DNA of 63,968 nt, the filler included, from Octopus bimaculoides (lineage: Eukaryota), in NCBI RefSeq assembly GCF_001194135.2. It is 6 parts of 6 records of this genome, joined end to end, with 100 filler letters (N's around TTAATTAATTAA, not from the genome) between each part and the next. Parts side by side here need not be neighbours in the genome. Positions count along the whole stretch, not along the records: positions 1 to 18,043 come from NC_069003.1; 5 more parts are not named here. The stretch is one strand, 5' to 3'. This document shows, one piece after another, positions 1-13,117 of this stretch. Numbering within the stretch: the stretch's first letter is position 1; every line of letters starts with the position of its first letter. Made by a program: the position numbers and the translations under genes. The notes under the pieces were generated by a model. It did not search any database and was not told the origin of the DNA. It worked only from the letters and a program-made list of their open reading frames with translations.

Positions 1-530
1 GTGACCTTATTGGTAGCGGTGTGAGGAAAGATAGTGGTGGTGATATTGCTGTTGTTGTTGTTGGTGGTGGTGGTGGTAGGGGTGGTGGTGGCGAGGGCGG
101 CGGCGGCAGTGGTGATGTTAATGCTGATGAAGACAGTTGTTGGGAGCGAAAGTGGTGGTAGAAGTAGCTTCAGTGGTGCCGCTGGTGACGGTGGATACGC
201 TGGTATTGATACAGGTGGAACTAAAGGTTGCAGTAATGGTTGTAGTGTTGGAGGTGGTAGTGGTGTTGGTGGTGGCGATGGTAATGATTGTATTTCTTGT
301 GCCAGTGACGCTAATAATGAGTGTTGTTGATGATGGTAGTAGTAGTAGAAAAGAAAAAGTAGTAGTAGTAGTAGGTGGAGAAGGTGGTGGTGATAATGGT
401 GATGGTGATGGTGTCAGTAGTGATGATGTAGTAGTAGTAGCAGCAGCAGTAGTAGGTTGTGGTGGTGGTGGTGGTGGTGATGGTAAGGTGGATAGGCGCT
501 GGTTTTGGTAGTTATCAACCAATGATTAGT
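1..530. repeat. Mixed trinucleotide low-complexity tract (GGT/GTT/GTA/GAT)n
   Basis: Directly visible; explains the Val/Gly- and Thr/Pro-rich ORFs. Confidence 0.9.
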
Positions 531-699
531 TTCGTAGTGAATTATTTCAGATCTAGATAATGGTAAATCTTTTGTTTCCTTTTCGTTTCGTTTGTTTCTT
601 TTTTGTCTTTTTTTTTTCTTTCGTTATTTTCTGTCATTTTTTTGTTTTGTTTTTTTTTCAGTCTCTTTTTACTTTTACTGTTTTTGTAGTGTGTGTGTA

Positions 700-735
<36 letters not shown>

Positions 736-897
736 TTTCTTTGTTTTTTGTTTTTTTTATTCGAAAAGAATTTCTCAGAAAGTCAAATGAAACAAATTGT
801 TCAACATTTTCCCCGGCAAACGGTTGAGAATACAGAACTGCAGCACAGACAACGCACTCACACACATAGATGCATGAGTACATACCTACACACATAC

Positions 898-964
<67 letters not shown>

Positions 965-1110
965 TAGATAGATATATAGATAGATAGATAGATAGATAGA
1001 TTGATATATATATAGATAGATAGATTGATATATATATAGATAGATTGATTGATTTATAGAGAGATAGATACATATACATACATATATATTTATATATATA
1101 TATATATTGG
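898..1110. repeat. (GATA)n / (TA)n microsatellite
   Basis: Directly visible. Confidence 0.95.
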
Positions 1111-1432
1111 ATTGGCAAGAAAATAAATTCGGTTTTTTAGTGTGAAATGAAAGCCATTTTTTTTTTCATACAAAAAATGAACTTTAATCAATTATGCCAG
1201 GTAGTACAGCATACCTTTTCCAAATTTCTGGCAGAGAGAATTGTGTCACGGTGCTGCTTTTCTCATAGGTGGTTCCCAACCGACCCTACTATACTGTGTA
1301 GGTGATAAAATCAAAACGAAGCAATGGACATGAACGGAATTAAAAATATAAAATTGTGACAATTTTCCCATCGCACCCTGTATATATATATATATATATA
1401 TTTCATGTATATGTATATATATATATATTCTA

Positions 1433-1833
1433 TTTTACTCTCTTTTTACTTGTTTCAGTCATTCGGCTGTGGCCATGCTGGAGCACCGCCTTTAGTCGAG
1501 CAAATCGAGCGCAGGACTTATTCTTTGTAAGCCTAGTACTTATTCTATCGGTCTCTTTTGCCGAACCGCTAAGTTACGGGGACATAAACATACCAGCATC
1601 GGTTGTCAAGCGATGTTGGGGGACAAACATAGAAACACAAACATATATATATATATACATACATATATACGACGGGCTTTTTTCAGTTTCCGTCTACAAA
1701 ATCCACTCACAAGGCTTTGGTCGGCCCGAGGCTATAGTAGAAGACACTTGCCCAAGATGCCACGCAGTGGGACTGAACCCGGGACCATGTGGTTGGTAAG
1801 CAAGCTACTTACCACACAGCCACTCCTACGCCT
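1433..1833 (-). mobile_element. tRNA-derived SINE, family A (full length)
   Basis: tRNA-like head (tggctgtgtggt A box, ggttcagtccc B box), CORE-like ccttgggcaagtgtcttct, internal (TA/CA)n, tail tgactgaaacaagtaaaaaga; near-identical to other copies in the window. Confidence 0.9.
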
Positions 1834-3227
1834 ATATATATATAGATATATAGATATATAGGGCAGGGAATCGTCAATTNNNNNNNNNNNNNNNNNNNNN
1901 NNNNNNNNNNNNNNNNNNNNNNNNNNNNNNNNNNNNNNNNNNNNNNNNNNNNNNNNNNNNNNNNNNNNNNNNNNNNNNNNNNNNNNNNNNNNNNNNNNNN
2001 NNNNNNNNNNNNNNNNNNNNNNNNNNNNNNNNNNNNNNNNNNNNNNNNNNNNNNNNNNNNNNNNNNNNNNNNNNNNNNNNNNNNNNNNNNNNNNNNNNNN
2101 NNNNNNNNNNNNNNNNNNNNNNNNNNNNNNNNNNNNNNNNNNNNNNNNNNNNNNNNNNNNNNNNNNNNNNNNNNNNNNNNNNNNNNNNNNNNNNNNNNNN
2201 NNNNNNNNNNNNNNNNNNNNNNNNNNNNNNNNNNNNNNNNNNNNNNNNNNNNNNNNNNNNNNNNNNNNNNNNNNNNNNNTATTCTCTCTTCCTTTCTCCT
2301 ACACTTTCTCAATCATTTACCTCACATTTTCATTGTTCTTTTTTTTTTCTGTCTTTCTATTACAACGATTCTAATAACTTCCACTTTTCTACCACCACCA
2401 CCACCACCACCACCCCCATCTCCCTTTCCCGTCTCAACTCTCATCTTATTCAAACTAATAACAAAAAAAAAACAGTGATTTCGAGAAATGGAGTAGCAAA
2501 GCAACAGTTTTAACGGAAGACTTAATTAATGTAGTGCTGCTGCCGCCGCCGCCGCCGCCGCTACTACTGATTACGCTGAAACAATGCTTCATCTAATGAA
2601 AATGGCTTAGCATGTCATTTTAATTGATTTAACGAGTAGTCAAACTTTGAGGATGCGTGTTCAATTTGCAGCTACAATTTAATGTGGTCATCCCATTTAT
2701 GATCATTTGTTTTTAAAATAATGTTCCCATGACTACCACACAGGTCCACAGTGTTTTGTGGGGTGGGGGCATAAAGATATTTATTGAATAGACAAGTATT
2801 TCTCAAGACCTTTTGGGTGGGGAGGGCTGAATCCAGATATGCTATTTGTTTTAATCAAACACTTCAGAATCTTTGTTTACACTCTGCGTTGATTTTTTTT
2901 TTTCACAAAAAATGTAATTTTCTTTTATTATATGTCCCAGGCTGGTGGAGGTGCAATGGCCCAGTGGTTAGGGCAGCGGACTTGCTTTATATACATTTAA
3001 TGCGAAAGATTAAGCAGAAGCGGCAAGCGGGCAGGATCGTCGGCACGCCGGACAAAAACTGAATGGTATCGAACTCACAACCTNNNNNNNNNNNNNNNNN
3101 NNNNNNNNNNNNNNNNNNNNNNNNNNNNNNNNNNNNNNNNNNNNNNNNNNNNNNNNNNNNNNNNNNNNNNNNNNNNNNNNNNNNNNNNNNNNNNNNNNNN
3201 NNNNNNNNNNNNNNNNNNNNNNNNNNN

Positions 3228-3265
<38 letters not shown>

Positions 3266-3298
3266 TATGAATTTATGTGTGTTTCTCTTCTTTTCCAG

Positions 3299-3439
3299 TA
3301 TCAATGAAAACTTCCACGATATTCCCGCTCGCCAGTTTACTGGTTTTACTTGTTGGTGGAATTATTTGCTTCGTAGGCCATTGCAACACACGAAGAAATA
3401 GGTTGACATTTTTTGGGGGCATTCTATTTGTTTTAGCAG
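3299..3439 (+). CDS. CACNG: Internal coding exon of a TARP/stargazin-like (voltage-gated calcium channel gamma subunit, CACNG / claudin-2 superfamily) gene, TM2-TM3 region; symbol is family-level only
   Basis: Strong acceptor (gtttctcttcttttccag|) and consensus donor (GCAG|gtaagt). 141 nt, phase 1 to phase 1, open as xSMKTSTIFPLASLLVLLVGGIICFVGHCNTRRNRLTFFGGILFVLA(G). Matches from memory the CACNG segment [22 protein letters not shown]...SAGIFFVSAG and the CACNG5/7-type GH...FVSGIFFILSG. Other exons not found in called bases. Confidence 0.85.
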
Positions 3440-4737
3440 GTAAGTAAACAATTTAACAATGATCTCTTTTTTTCACTCTGTAACACATCTACATATCAAC
3501 TCGTGTATGGACTATCAACTCATTCCTCCTATCTTACTTCTATCCGACGAAGAATCAGGCTCGAAACGTCATTTCCGTTGCTATTTTTCCATCTGAAAGT
3601 TTCACTGAGCTTCGTTCTAATATATTTATTGTGTACGTCAAATTGATGTCTGCTGTTTATTCCTGTCTTTGACTTTTGGTTTTCCTATTTATATATGTAT
3701 GTTCTTCTTTGAGTTTTATCTAAGTTCTTCTTCAGAGCGTTCAAGGCTGGCGTTTTGAGTTAAGCGAGTTCCTGGTATTTGTAATTATATGGTTGAGTTA
3801 GTGTGCTACTTGAGCTGTTGATATACACACCTGAAGTGTATGCATCTATTCATCCAAAGAACCTCAGATGGGGAATCTTTGGAGCGTCTTACAAATCTTT
3901 ACCCTGCATATATGTGACTGAACACCAGCTGGGGCTGGTAATCAAAAGTTATTTAAATTACTATATTGTTCTGAGGATCTCGGGTCCTAAGGTTACTGGT
4001 TACGTAATGATTACTGCATAACACACAATTATACGCTAGTGAAACACGTGTAAAGATCAAGTAATTAATAATGTTATAATAATAATGACTCCATAATAAC
4101 TAGAATTGTTAGAACGCCTTACGTTAATTTGTTACTACATTCAACATTAAAGTATTATTCTGGCACAGCTAGATTCTTCATGGCATCCGTCTTCTACTCT
4201 CGACACAGAAGAGTCCCTATTTGCTGGGTCATTCAATCTTTGTGAAAGGATTTTTGTTAAAATATCAAAGCTTTGGATAAGCAGTATCATTAGAGCGTAG
4301 TATAAATTACCTACTGGCATTTAGCTACGGCCCTTTACACTCTAAGTTAAATTCCCACAAACTTCGACTGTTCTTGCCAACTTTAGGAGGTCGATGAAAA
4401 AATATATCAATCAAAAAATTGAATCGATATCTCTTCTTGTAATGTATCTTAAGCATGTATGGAATTGTAATAGGAAATACAAAAAAACAGCATAATATAT
4501 GCATATTCAATCACAATCGACGTACCTTGTCGAGCCATCAGAGCAATTTTGACAGCGTGTTTATAGATGGAGTGAAAAATAACCACCGTATGTCTGTCTA
4601 TCCTCTCCAAATATGTAAGTTGCTATATGCTCAATGCTTTCTATCATAGTGTATATGCATATACATAAGCGTACATACGTACGGATAGAAACATGATAAA
4701 TAGACACATACATATATACATACATATGTATATAAAT

Positions 4738-4774
<37 letters not shown>

Positions 4775-4791
4775 GTACATAAATATATATG

Positions 4792-4833
<42 letters not shown>

Positions 4834-5388
4834 CATATGTATACGCATGCACGCACACACACACACACACACACACGTACGTATGTATCAAATCGGAACC
4901 TCAATATTATCTCCGTCCAATCACCATCCAATCACTTCTGTCCATCTATCATGTTGACATTTACGAACTCTGTGTATTCAGTAATTATCAAGAAACTGTT
5001 TGGCTATCAATAGCATCCATTTCCACACACAGCGTCCATTAATCAAGTCAGTTATGTAGACACTGTGTCTATCGATCAGGCCATTGTATACTCACACAGT
5101 GTTAAGCTATTCAGGTGACACTAACGAAATGTCTACACAGTTTAGTATCTACAAACTGTGCCTGTCTTTTTTTAGGCAAAAATCTGCAGAGTGGACATTA
5201 AGTTAGTTACTATTTAAATAGAAATGGTCCGATTTATATATTTTCCTTTTCCAAGATCCTTAAAAGATGATCTCACCGAAGCACGTAGCAATATTTAGCA
5301 AACGACTCACGTAATACGTAATACGTAAAAATCTAGAATAGAATATATGTATAGGTGTACACCGAATAGAAACATATGTGTGTGTGTG

Positions 5389-5441
<53 letters not shown>

Positions 5442-5451
5442 NNNNNNNNNN

Positions 5452-5855
5452 TACGAGTGGCTGTGTGGTAAGTAGCTTGCTTACGAACCACATGGTTCCG
5501 GGTTCAGTCCCACTGCGTGGCACCTTGGGCAAGTGTCATCCACTATAGCCTCGGGCCCACCAAAGCCTTGTGTGTGGATTTGGTAGACGGACACTGAAAG
5601 AAGCCCGTCGTATATATGTATATGTGTCTGTCTGTGTATATGTTTGTCTGTCTGTGTTTGTCGCCCCAACATCGCTTGACAACCGATGCTGGTGTGTTTA
5701 CGTCCCCGTAACTTAGCGGTTCGGCAAAAGAGACCGATAGAATTAGTACTAGGCTTACAAAGAATAAGTCCTGCGCTCGATTTGCTCGACTAAAGTCGGT
5801 GCTCCAGCATGGCCACAGTCGAATGACTGAAACAAGTAAAAAGAGAGTAAAATAG
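5452..5855 (+). mobile_element. SINE family A (near full length)
   Basis: Same head, body and tail as 1433-1833, opposite strand. Confidence 0.9.
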
Positions 5856-5879
5856 AATATATGGTGGTTGTGTACTCCT

Positions 5880-6160
5880 TAGGCAGAGTTTGACCACCTC
5901 CCTGTACCTACACCTTAGAACCATCATGGCATCTGATGTAGCTTTTTAAATCAATGTTCTGAAAAGACACCCACAAAGATTGCACATCTGATTTGGACCA
6001 GCAATAGTTGCTGATAAGTTATGATCTTTGTGGATCTTACGATGTCTTTTGAGGCCTCCATTAGATTTGCAAACCTTCTGGCATACACCACAATCAGAGG
6101 TGCGCACAGACATATAGGCAGAATTGTTGGTGGAAGTTCGTTTTTTATGGGTTCGCAAAA
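5880..6160 (-). pseudogene. Two-finger C2H2 remnant (probably the C-terminus of a 5'-truncated LINE ORF; alternatively a decayed ZNF fragment)
   Basis: CGVCQKVCKSNGGLKRHRKIH is an exact C-x2-C-x12-H-x3-H finger (6092-6030). The second finger CNLCGCLFRTL.. continues after a frameshift as LKSYIRCH. Confidence 0.55.
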
Positions 6161-6185
6161 AAAATGTATATCTGTGTTGAGTATG

Positions 6186-6247
<62 letters not shown>

Positions 6248-6759
6248 GAGATGTACTTGCATAGCAAGTGAGCTGATCTGAGATCGTGTGTTGAAACAAA
6301 AACAATTGCAGCGTGGAAGGTGTTTATAAGCCATTTAAAAGTGAGATGCAGCACGGAATTTTGTCAGTGATCAGGTCGCGGTCTCACAGCCACGAAAATA
6401 TTGTGGCAAATTGAATTTAAATATTGAAATGAATCTGAGTGAGTGAGTGAGTGCGTGCGTAATTAGAATCTTTGACATTTCCATATATTTATGTAATCAT
6501 AGACTGTGCTTAATATTATAAATTCGATCTGAAATAATTACGTCTAAAGTACATCCCATCTCTTAAACCAGTCGAGTACGCTTTATCGCTAGAATATTTA
6601 TATAATCTGTGTTGTTCTAAAACAGTCAATACTGGCGCTCTCTCTCTATTTGTTTGATTAACAAACAGCAAGAGCCGTTGGATAACACTTTTATTAACGC
6701 ACCACCAATAATAATGATAATAATAATAGTCTTTTCTACTAAACGCACAAGGTCTGAAA

Positions 6760-6915
6760 AATTGGAGGAGGGGGTAGTCGGTCACATCGACCCCAGTGCG
6801 TAACTGGTACTTATTTCATCGATCCAGAAAGGATGAAAGGCAAAGTCGACCTCAACAGAAGTATGAAATGTCGACAAACATTTCGCCCAGCGTGCTAACG
6901 ATTCTACCAGGTCGC
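6760..6915 (-). mobile_element. SINE family C fragment
   Basis: atcgaccccagtgcgtaactggtacttatttcatcgatccagaaaggatgaaaggcaaagtcgacctc; related decayed pieces at about 27625-27760, 28075-28185 and 41340-41490. Confidence 0.6.
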
Positions 6916-6922
6916 TGCTTTA

Positions 6923-6959
<37 letters not shown>

Positions 6960-7540
6960 GGTGGTGGTGGCGGCGGCGACGACGACGACATTGACAATAA
7001 CAACAACAATAATAATAATAATAATAATATGGAATAGTTCAGAATAGAATTTAAAAGACAGCTCCATGGACAGCGTAATGTGTTCCACTGCTGAAGAGAT
7101 TCATTTAACAATGGAAACCCAGTGCCGCGTCGGAGTTTTTGTGCAGTATAAATATCCGTACGGACGAGCGTACGAATTCGTTCTATTATTTGTGCATGTA
7201 TATTGGATAATTAGGCGTATACCTATATATTTGCCTGAATAAATATATGTATATATGTGTATATATATTTGTGTATATGTGTGTGATTGTGTGTGCGTGT
7301 TTTGGTGTGTGTATAGATATATACGTGGTTATGAATGGTCGGCGTATAGACACACGCATGTACGTGTATGTGTGCAACTGTTTGCAACAGAGAGCGTGTG
7401 CGCGTGAGTGTTTGGAAATTACCTGTAAATGCAAATATGTAGGTGAAGAAATCAGGCTACGATACTGTAGCACCACACGCACGCATGTAGCCACACGTAC
7501 GCATTTAACCATACGTACATACATACATACATGGATGGAT

Positions 7541-7643
<103 letters not shown>

Positions 7644-8042
7644 CATATGTACATATATACATACATGTATACATAAATGTATGTATGTATTGACACGTGT
7701 GTAGCATGATTGTATGCATACATCACAAATTCACAAGGCCGCCATCTTCATCATGGCAGAATGCCGTCTCTTCTGCCGTTTATTTGAAATGCAGGTGTTA
7801 TTAGCTATCGATCTGTTTCTGTTCGCCATGTCTCCACTTTTGTAAACATATAAACTTGAAAGACAGGGCCTGTACCGCCATCACCTAACCTTCTCCGCCC
7901 TCTTAATTACTTCACAGCTACACGTTTCTATTGCATTCTCCACATGTATACAGTTTCACAGCAAATAAACGCACGCATTCATACACAAACATACTAACAC
8001 AAAAAAAACACACGTTCACACACTCGCGTGTGTGGACATGCT

Positions 8043-8096
<54 letters not shown>

Positions 8097-8901
8097 NNNN
8101 NNNNNNNNNNNNNNNNNNNNNNNNNNNNNNNNNNNNNNNNNNNNNNNNNNNNNNNNNNNNNNNNNNNNNNNNNNNNNNNNNNNNNNNNNNNNNNNNNNNN
8201 NNNNNNNNNNNNNNNNNNNNNNNNNNNNNNNNNNNNNNNNNNNNNNNNNNNNNNNNNNNNNNNNNNNNNNNNNNNNNNNNNNNNNNNNNNNNNNNNNNNN
8301 NNNNNNNNNNNNNNNNNNNNNNNNNNNNNNNNNNNNNNNNNNNNNNNNNNNNNNNNNNNNNNNNNNNNNNNNNNNNNNNNNNNNNNNNNNNNNNNNNNNN
8401 NNNNNNNNNNNNNNNNNNNNNNNNNNNNNNNNNNNNNNNNNNNNNNNNNNNNNNNNNNNNNNNNNNNNNNNNNNNNNNNNNNNNNNNNNNNNNNNNNNNN
8501 NNNNNNNNNNNNNNNNNNNNNNNNNNNNNNNNNNNNNNNNNNNNNNNNNNNNNNNNNNNNNNNNNNNNNNNNNNNNNNNNNNNNNNNNNNNNNNNNNNNN
8601 NNNNNNNNNNNNNNNNNNNNNNNNNNNNNNNNNNNNNNNNNNNNNNNNNNNNNNNNNNNNNNNNNNNNNNNNNNNNNNNNNNNNNNNNNNNNNNNNNNNN
8701 NNNNNNNNNNNNNNNNNNNNNNNNNNNNNNNNNNNNNNNNNNNNNNNNNNNNNNNNNNNNNNNNNNNNNNNNNNNNNNNNNNNNNNNNNNNNNNNNNNNN
8801 NNNNNNNNNNNNNNNNNNNNNNNNNNNNNNNNNNNNNNNNNNNNNNNNNNNNNNNNNNNNNNNNNNNNNNNNNNNNNNNNNNNNNNNNNNNNNNNNNNNN
8901 N

Positions 8902-8950
<49 letters not shown>

Positions 8951-10201
8951 ATACGTACAAATGATGTATGTGTGAGTATCTGTGCGTGTGCGAGCGTACT
9001 CAGTGAGAATACGGAAGCAAAGATGGAGGGAACATTACCATTTCCACGGCTGAGTTTCCGGTCTCTCAGTGTTGCCTTATATCTTCGTTCTTTGTTGAGA
9101 AGAATCGGTGTTTAAAACATAAGTTCTCTTCAGAGCAATCTACTGCGGAAGGTTAACATTCTAGTCTTTGCTAGTACTCACTACCAATACCATTTTATGC
9201 TCAGAGGTTTCGTTCTCCCTCTGTGGCTGCCGTTAATGTTGCCGAGCCTTGATCGCTCATCCGTTCATGTCACAAGTGCAACTAAACTATGAAGAGAAAA
9301 AAATACTTCTCCTAGTGACATTCTTCAATAAAATCGAAGTTGTGATTCACTAATTAAATGGCTTACACTAAGATTTTTAATCCTTCGACAAATGCAGAGT
9401 GATCCTCAAACAAACACATAAGGATCTCCGATATGTTTATTAATCACATGTATAGACTTTGTCCTGTTGGTCATGTAGCAACCTTCCTCACCGTGTAGAG
9501 ATTTTAGCAGAAGCAGTATGTCGATCAGACATTCACAGATACACACACGGCAGCAGTATACTGGATAGATACTATCCCTTAGTGGGTTGAACCCCCAACC
9601 CCTAACTCTCTCACGTTATATATATATATATATATATATATATNNNNNNNNNNNNNNNNNNNNNNNNNNNNNNNNNNNNNNNNNNNNNNNNNNNNNNNNN
9701 NNNNNNNNNNNNNNNNNNNNNNNNNNNNNNNNNNNNNNNNNNNNNNNNNNNNNNNNNNNNNNNNNNNNNNNNNNNNNNNNNNNNNNNNNNNNNNNNNNNN
9801 NNNNNNNNNNNNNNNNNNNNNNNNNNNNNNNNNNNNNNNNNNNNNNNNNNNNNNNNNNNNNNNNNNNNNNNNNNNNNNNNNNNNNNNNNNNNNNNNNNNN
9901 NNNNNNNNNNNNNNNNNNNNNNNNNNNNNNNNNNNNNNNNNNNNNATTATTAAAGATGCAAATACATCGCAAACATATCACAAGTTGTTACTCAGAGGTT
10001 CACGTCCGCGTTCGTCGGCCAGTTTTGAATGAGAATTCTCAATTAAAACAGTCCGAGAAACGGGAACGTGAAACTCTGAGTAGCAGTATTTGTGTTACTT
10101 TTGTGATGGTTTTGCAGCTTTAATAAAAAAAACATATTAGTCCGGCATTCGAGTACTATTTTTCCCACCTTATTTATTTCATATTTATGTGTTTATTCTG
10201 G

Positions 10202-10238
<37 letters not shown>

Positions 10239-10257
10239 ACACATATATATGCACACA

Positions 10258-10410
10258 CACGACGGGTTTCTTTCAGTTCCCGTTTACCAAATCCATTTAC
10301 AAGGATTTAATCGGCCTGAGGAGTAGAAGACACTTGCCTCTAAGTGTCATGCAACGGGACTGAATCCGGAACCATGTGGTTGGAAAGCAAACCTCTTACG
10401 ACACAGCCAA
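10258..10410 (-). mobile_element. SINE family A, 5' half
   Basis: gacgggtttctttcagtt...agaagacacttgcc...gggactgaatccggaaccatgtggttgg. Confidence 0.8.
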
Positions 10411-10707
10411 TAGTATAAATATTTAAATATTATTCTTTAAATTTACGTGTATAAATATTTGTTGCAAATGAAAGTTTGACTTAGCAGCTCGTATTGCATA
10501 AGGAGGTTTCGTAGATATAAAAAATAGGACCAGGTCTTCGGTTACATTGGGACGAATGTCGCCATTTGTCTGATGAGAAGGTCGTGCTTCCCGTTCTCGA
10601 AATTTTAAACAACGCGTTAAGTTATGTCAACCGCTTATTCTATAATACATCTCTAACTACGAGAATTAAGCGGTGTTTCCGCCTTTTTCTTTGTTAGTCT
10701 TCGGTCA

Positions 10708-10745
<38 letters not shown>

Positions 10746-11374
10746 ATATATATATTATCACCCAAGTAATATTTTATATTCACAATTGTATATCTCCATT
10801 TTGTTTCCATTCATANNNNNNNNNNNNNNNNNNNNNNNNNNNNNNNNNNNNNNNNNNNNNNNNNNNNNNNNNNNNNNNNNNNNNNNNNNNNNNNNNNNNN
10901 NNNNNNNNNNNNNNNNNNNNNNNNNNNNNNNNNNNNNNNNNNNNNNNNNNNNNNNNNNNNNNNNNNNNNNNNNNNNNNNNNNNNNNNNNNNNNNNNNNNN
11001 NNNNNNNNNNNNNNNNNNNNNNNNNNNNNNNNNNNNNNNNNNNNNNNNNNNNNNNNNNNNNNNNNNNNNNNNNNNNNNNNNNNNNNNNNNNNNNNNNNNN
11101 NNNNNNNNNNNNNNNNNNNNNNNNNNNNNNNNNNNNNNNNNNNNNNNNNNNNNNNNNNNNNNNNNNNNNNNNNNNNNNNNNNNNNNNNNNNNNNNNNNNN
11201 NNNNNNNNNNNNNNNNNNNNNNNNNNNNNNNNNNNNNNNNNNNNNNNNNNNNNNNNNNNNNNNNNNNNNNNNNNNNNNNNNNNNNNNNNNNNNNNNNNNN
11301 NNNNNNNNNNNNNNNNNNNNNNNNNTATATATATATATATATATATATACATATATATATACATATATATATAA

Positions 11375-11422
<48 letters not shown>

Positions 11423-11825
11423 ATACGTATGTATATACATGTGTATATAAATATATGTATATATATAATCCACATCTACTAGAAAAAACTACTAATAATA
11501 ATAATGATAATAATAATAATATTAATAATAATGCTCAACCGTACAATCTTTCAGAACATACAGGGAGAGCACGTAGATAGATAGTCGGTGAGAATTAGTA
11601 TTCTAAGCAATAGATAGCGCAGTCTTTGCACGTTCTTCCCGTCAACAGAGAAACAGTATATTTTCACATATTTTAACGGATTTCAATATAAGGAAACATT
11701 TAAGATATAGCTGCGGAATAATACTCCGAAGACATCGATGAAAGAATATAACAGATCGCCCCTGGCCTACGCGATGTACGTGTATCTGCGTGTGTGGTTT
11801 GTATGTGTGCTTGTGTGCCATGTTC

Positions 11826-11867
<42 letters not shown>

Positions 11868-12852
11868 GTATGTATGTATGTATGTATGTATGTATATTTG
11901 TATATATGTGTATACACATATACACACCAGGAAAGAAATACACATACACAAGGCACATGTACGTGCATAAGCAACGCACATCTTTCGACATGTGTATTTG
12001 CATTCTGTATATATACATGGATATACACACACATACATATATATATATATATTNNNNNNNNNNGTAAATAGATGAGATGCGTAGGAAGTTGTGTCTTTGT
12101 AAGTCTATTACGTTAGTGTTACTATTTTCTTGCTACACAGAGTATGTGAAGAACTCAATGCTTTCAAAAGAGTAATGTTGAATATTTTGCTCTTTCTGGT
12201 TCAAAGCTATCCGTTACTCAGAATATTTTTCCTCCACTCCGATAATATCCACAAGGCTAAACTGGTTGTCGGAATGCAACCGCTATTGATATCTATCAGC
12301 GCGGATCGATACATTGTTGAAATTAATTTTGCATTTAATCCCGTATGTAGAATAAAATTCTAATCGTGTGCTTGTAGTTTTCTTTAAGAATTAATGTTTC
12401 TTCATCGTAGATGCTACAGGAATTTGGACAGCTGCGTAACTGTGCCTGTTGTGCAGTGAAGACGAAGTGATGTTATAGCTGTTAATAACGTCATCGTTCA
12501 TATATGATTTGAATGTATTGCAATGTTTATGATATGCGCCAAAGAGTACTTTGCTAAAATATACTGATTACTGTTTTCTCGATACTGTTATTTCAAGTCA
12601 CAGCATTAAAGAAAACGAATCGGCAAACGAAACAGCGACAACCAGAACTTAACGGAACATTTATAAGTAAATAAATCAAAGCGATATCCATACACATAGG
12701 TCACACAAGAATCAATCCGCTGCAATGTATAGAAATACAATCTCTTGACACAGAATGGAAACTGGATTCTTGAATTCGTTGCCTGAATATCATGTCTCAG
12801 ACATGATACTCAGGTATCAGATGAAATAATTAGGTTTCAATAGACACTATAT

Positions 12853-12905
<53 letters not shown>

Positions 12906-13074
12906 NNNNNNNNNNNNNNNNNNNNNNNNNNNNNNNNNNNNNNNNNNNNNNNNNNNNNNNNNNNNNNNNNNNNNNNNNNNNNNNNNNNNNNNNNNNNNNN
13001 NNNNNNNNNNNNNNNNNNNNNNNNNNNNNNNNNNNNNNNNNNNNNNNNNNNNNNNNNNNNNNNNNNNNNNNNNN

Positions 13075-13117
<43 letters not shown>

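Noticed and set aside
34-909. ORFs rich in V/G, T/P/S, F or C/V at the window start
   Set aside because: Translations of trinucleotide, poly-T and (GT)n tracts, open on both strands; no domain and no convincing splice signals.
1740-1833. tRNA-like sequences (also 5452-5520, 52503-52596, 56196-56270)
   Set aside because: They are SINE heads continuing into SINE bodies, without a complete cloverleaf; not tRNA genes.
7738-7850. GCCGCCATCTT (YY1-like) and an AAIFIMAE peptide resembling TARP TM4
   Set aside because: Spacing does not fit the TARP alignment, there is no suitable acceptor, and a lone motif is not evidence of a promoter.
10570-10650. CTGATGA...GAAA hammerhead-like core
   Set aside because: Stem II does not pair in the canonical register, and no stem I or III partner with an NUH site could be built.
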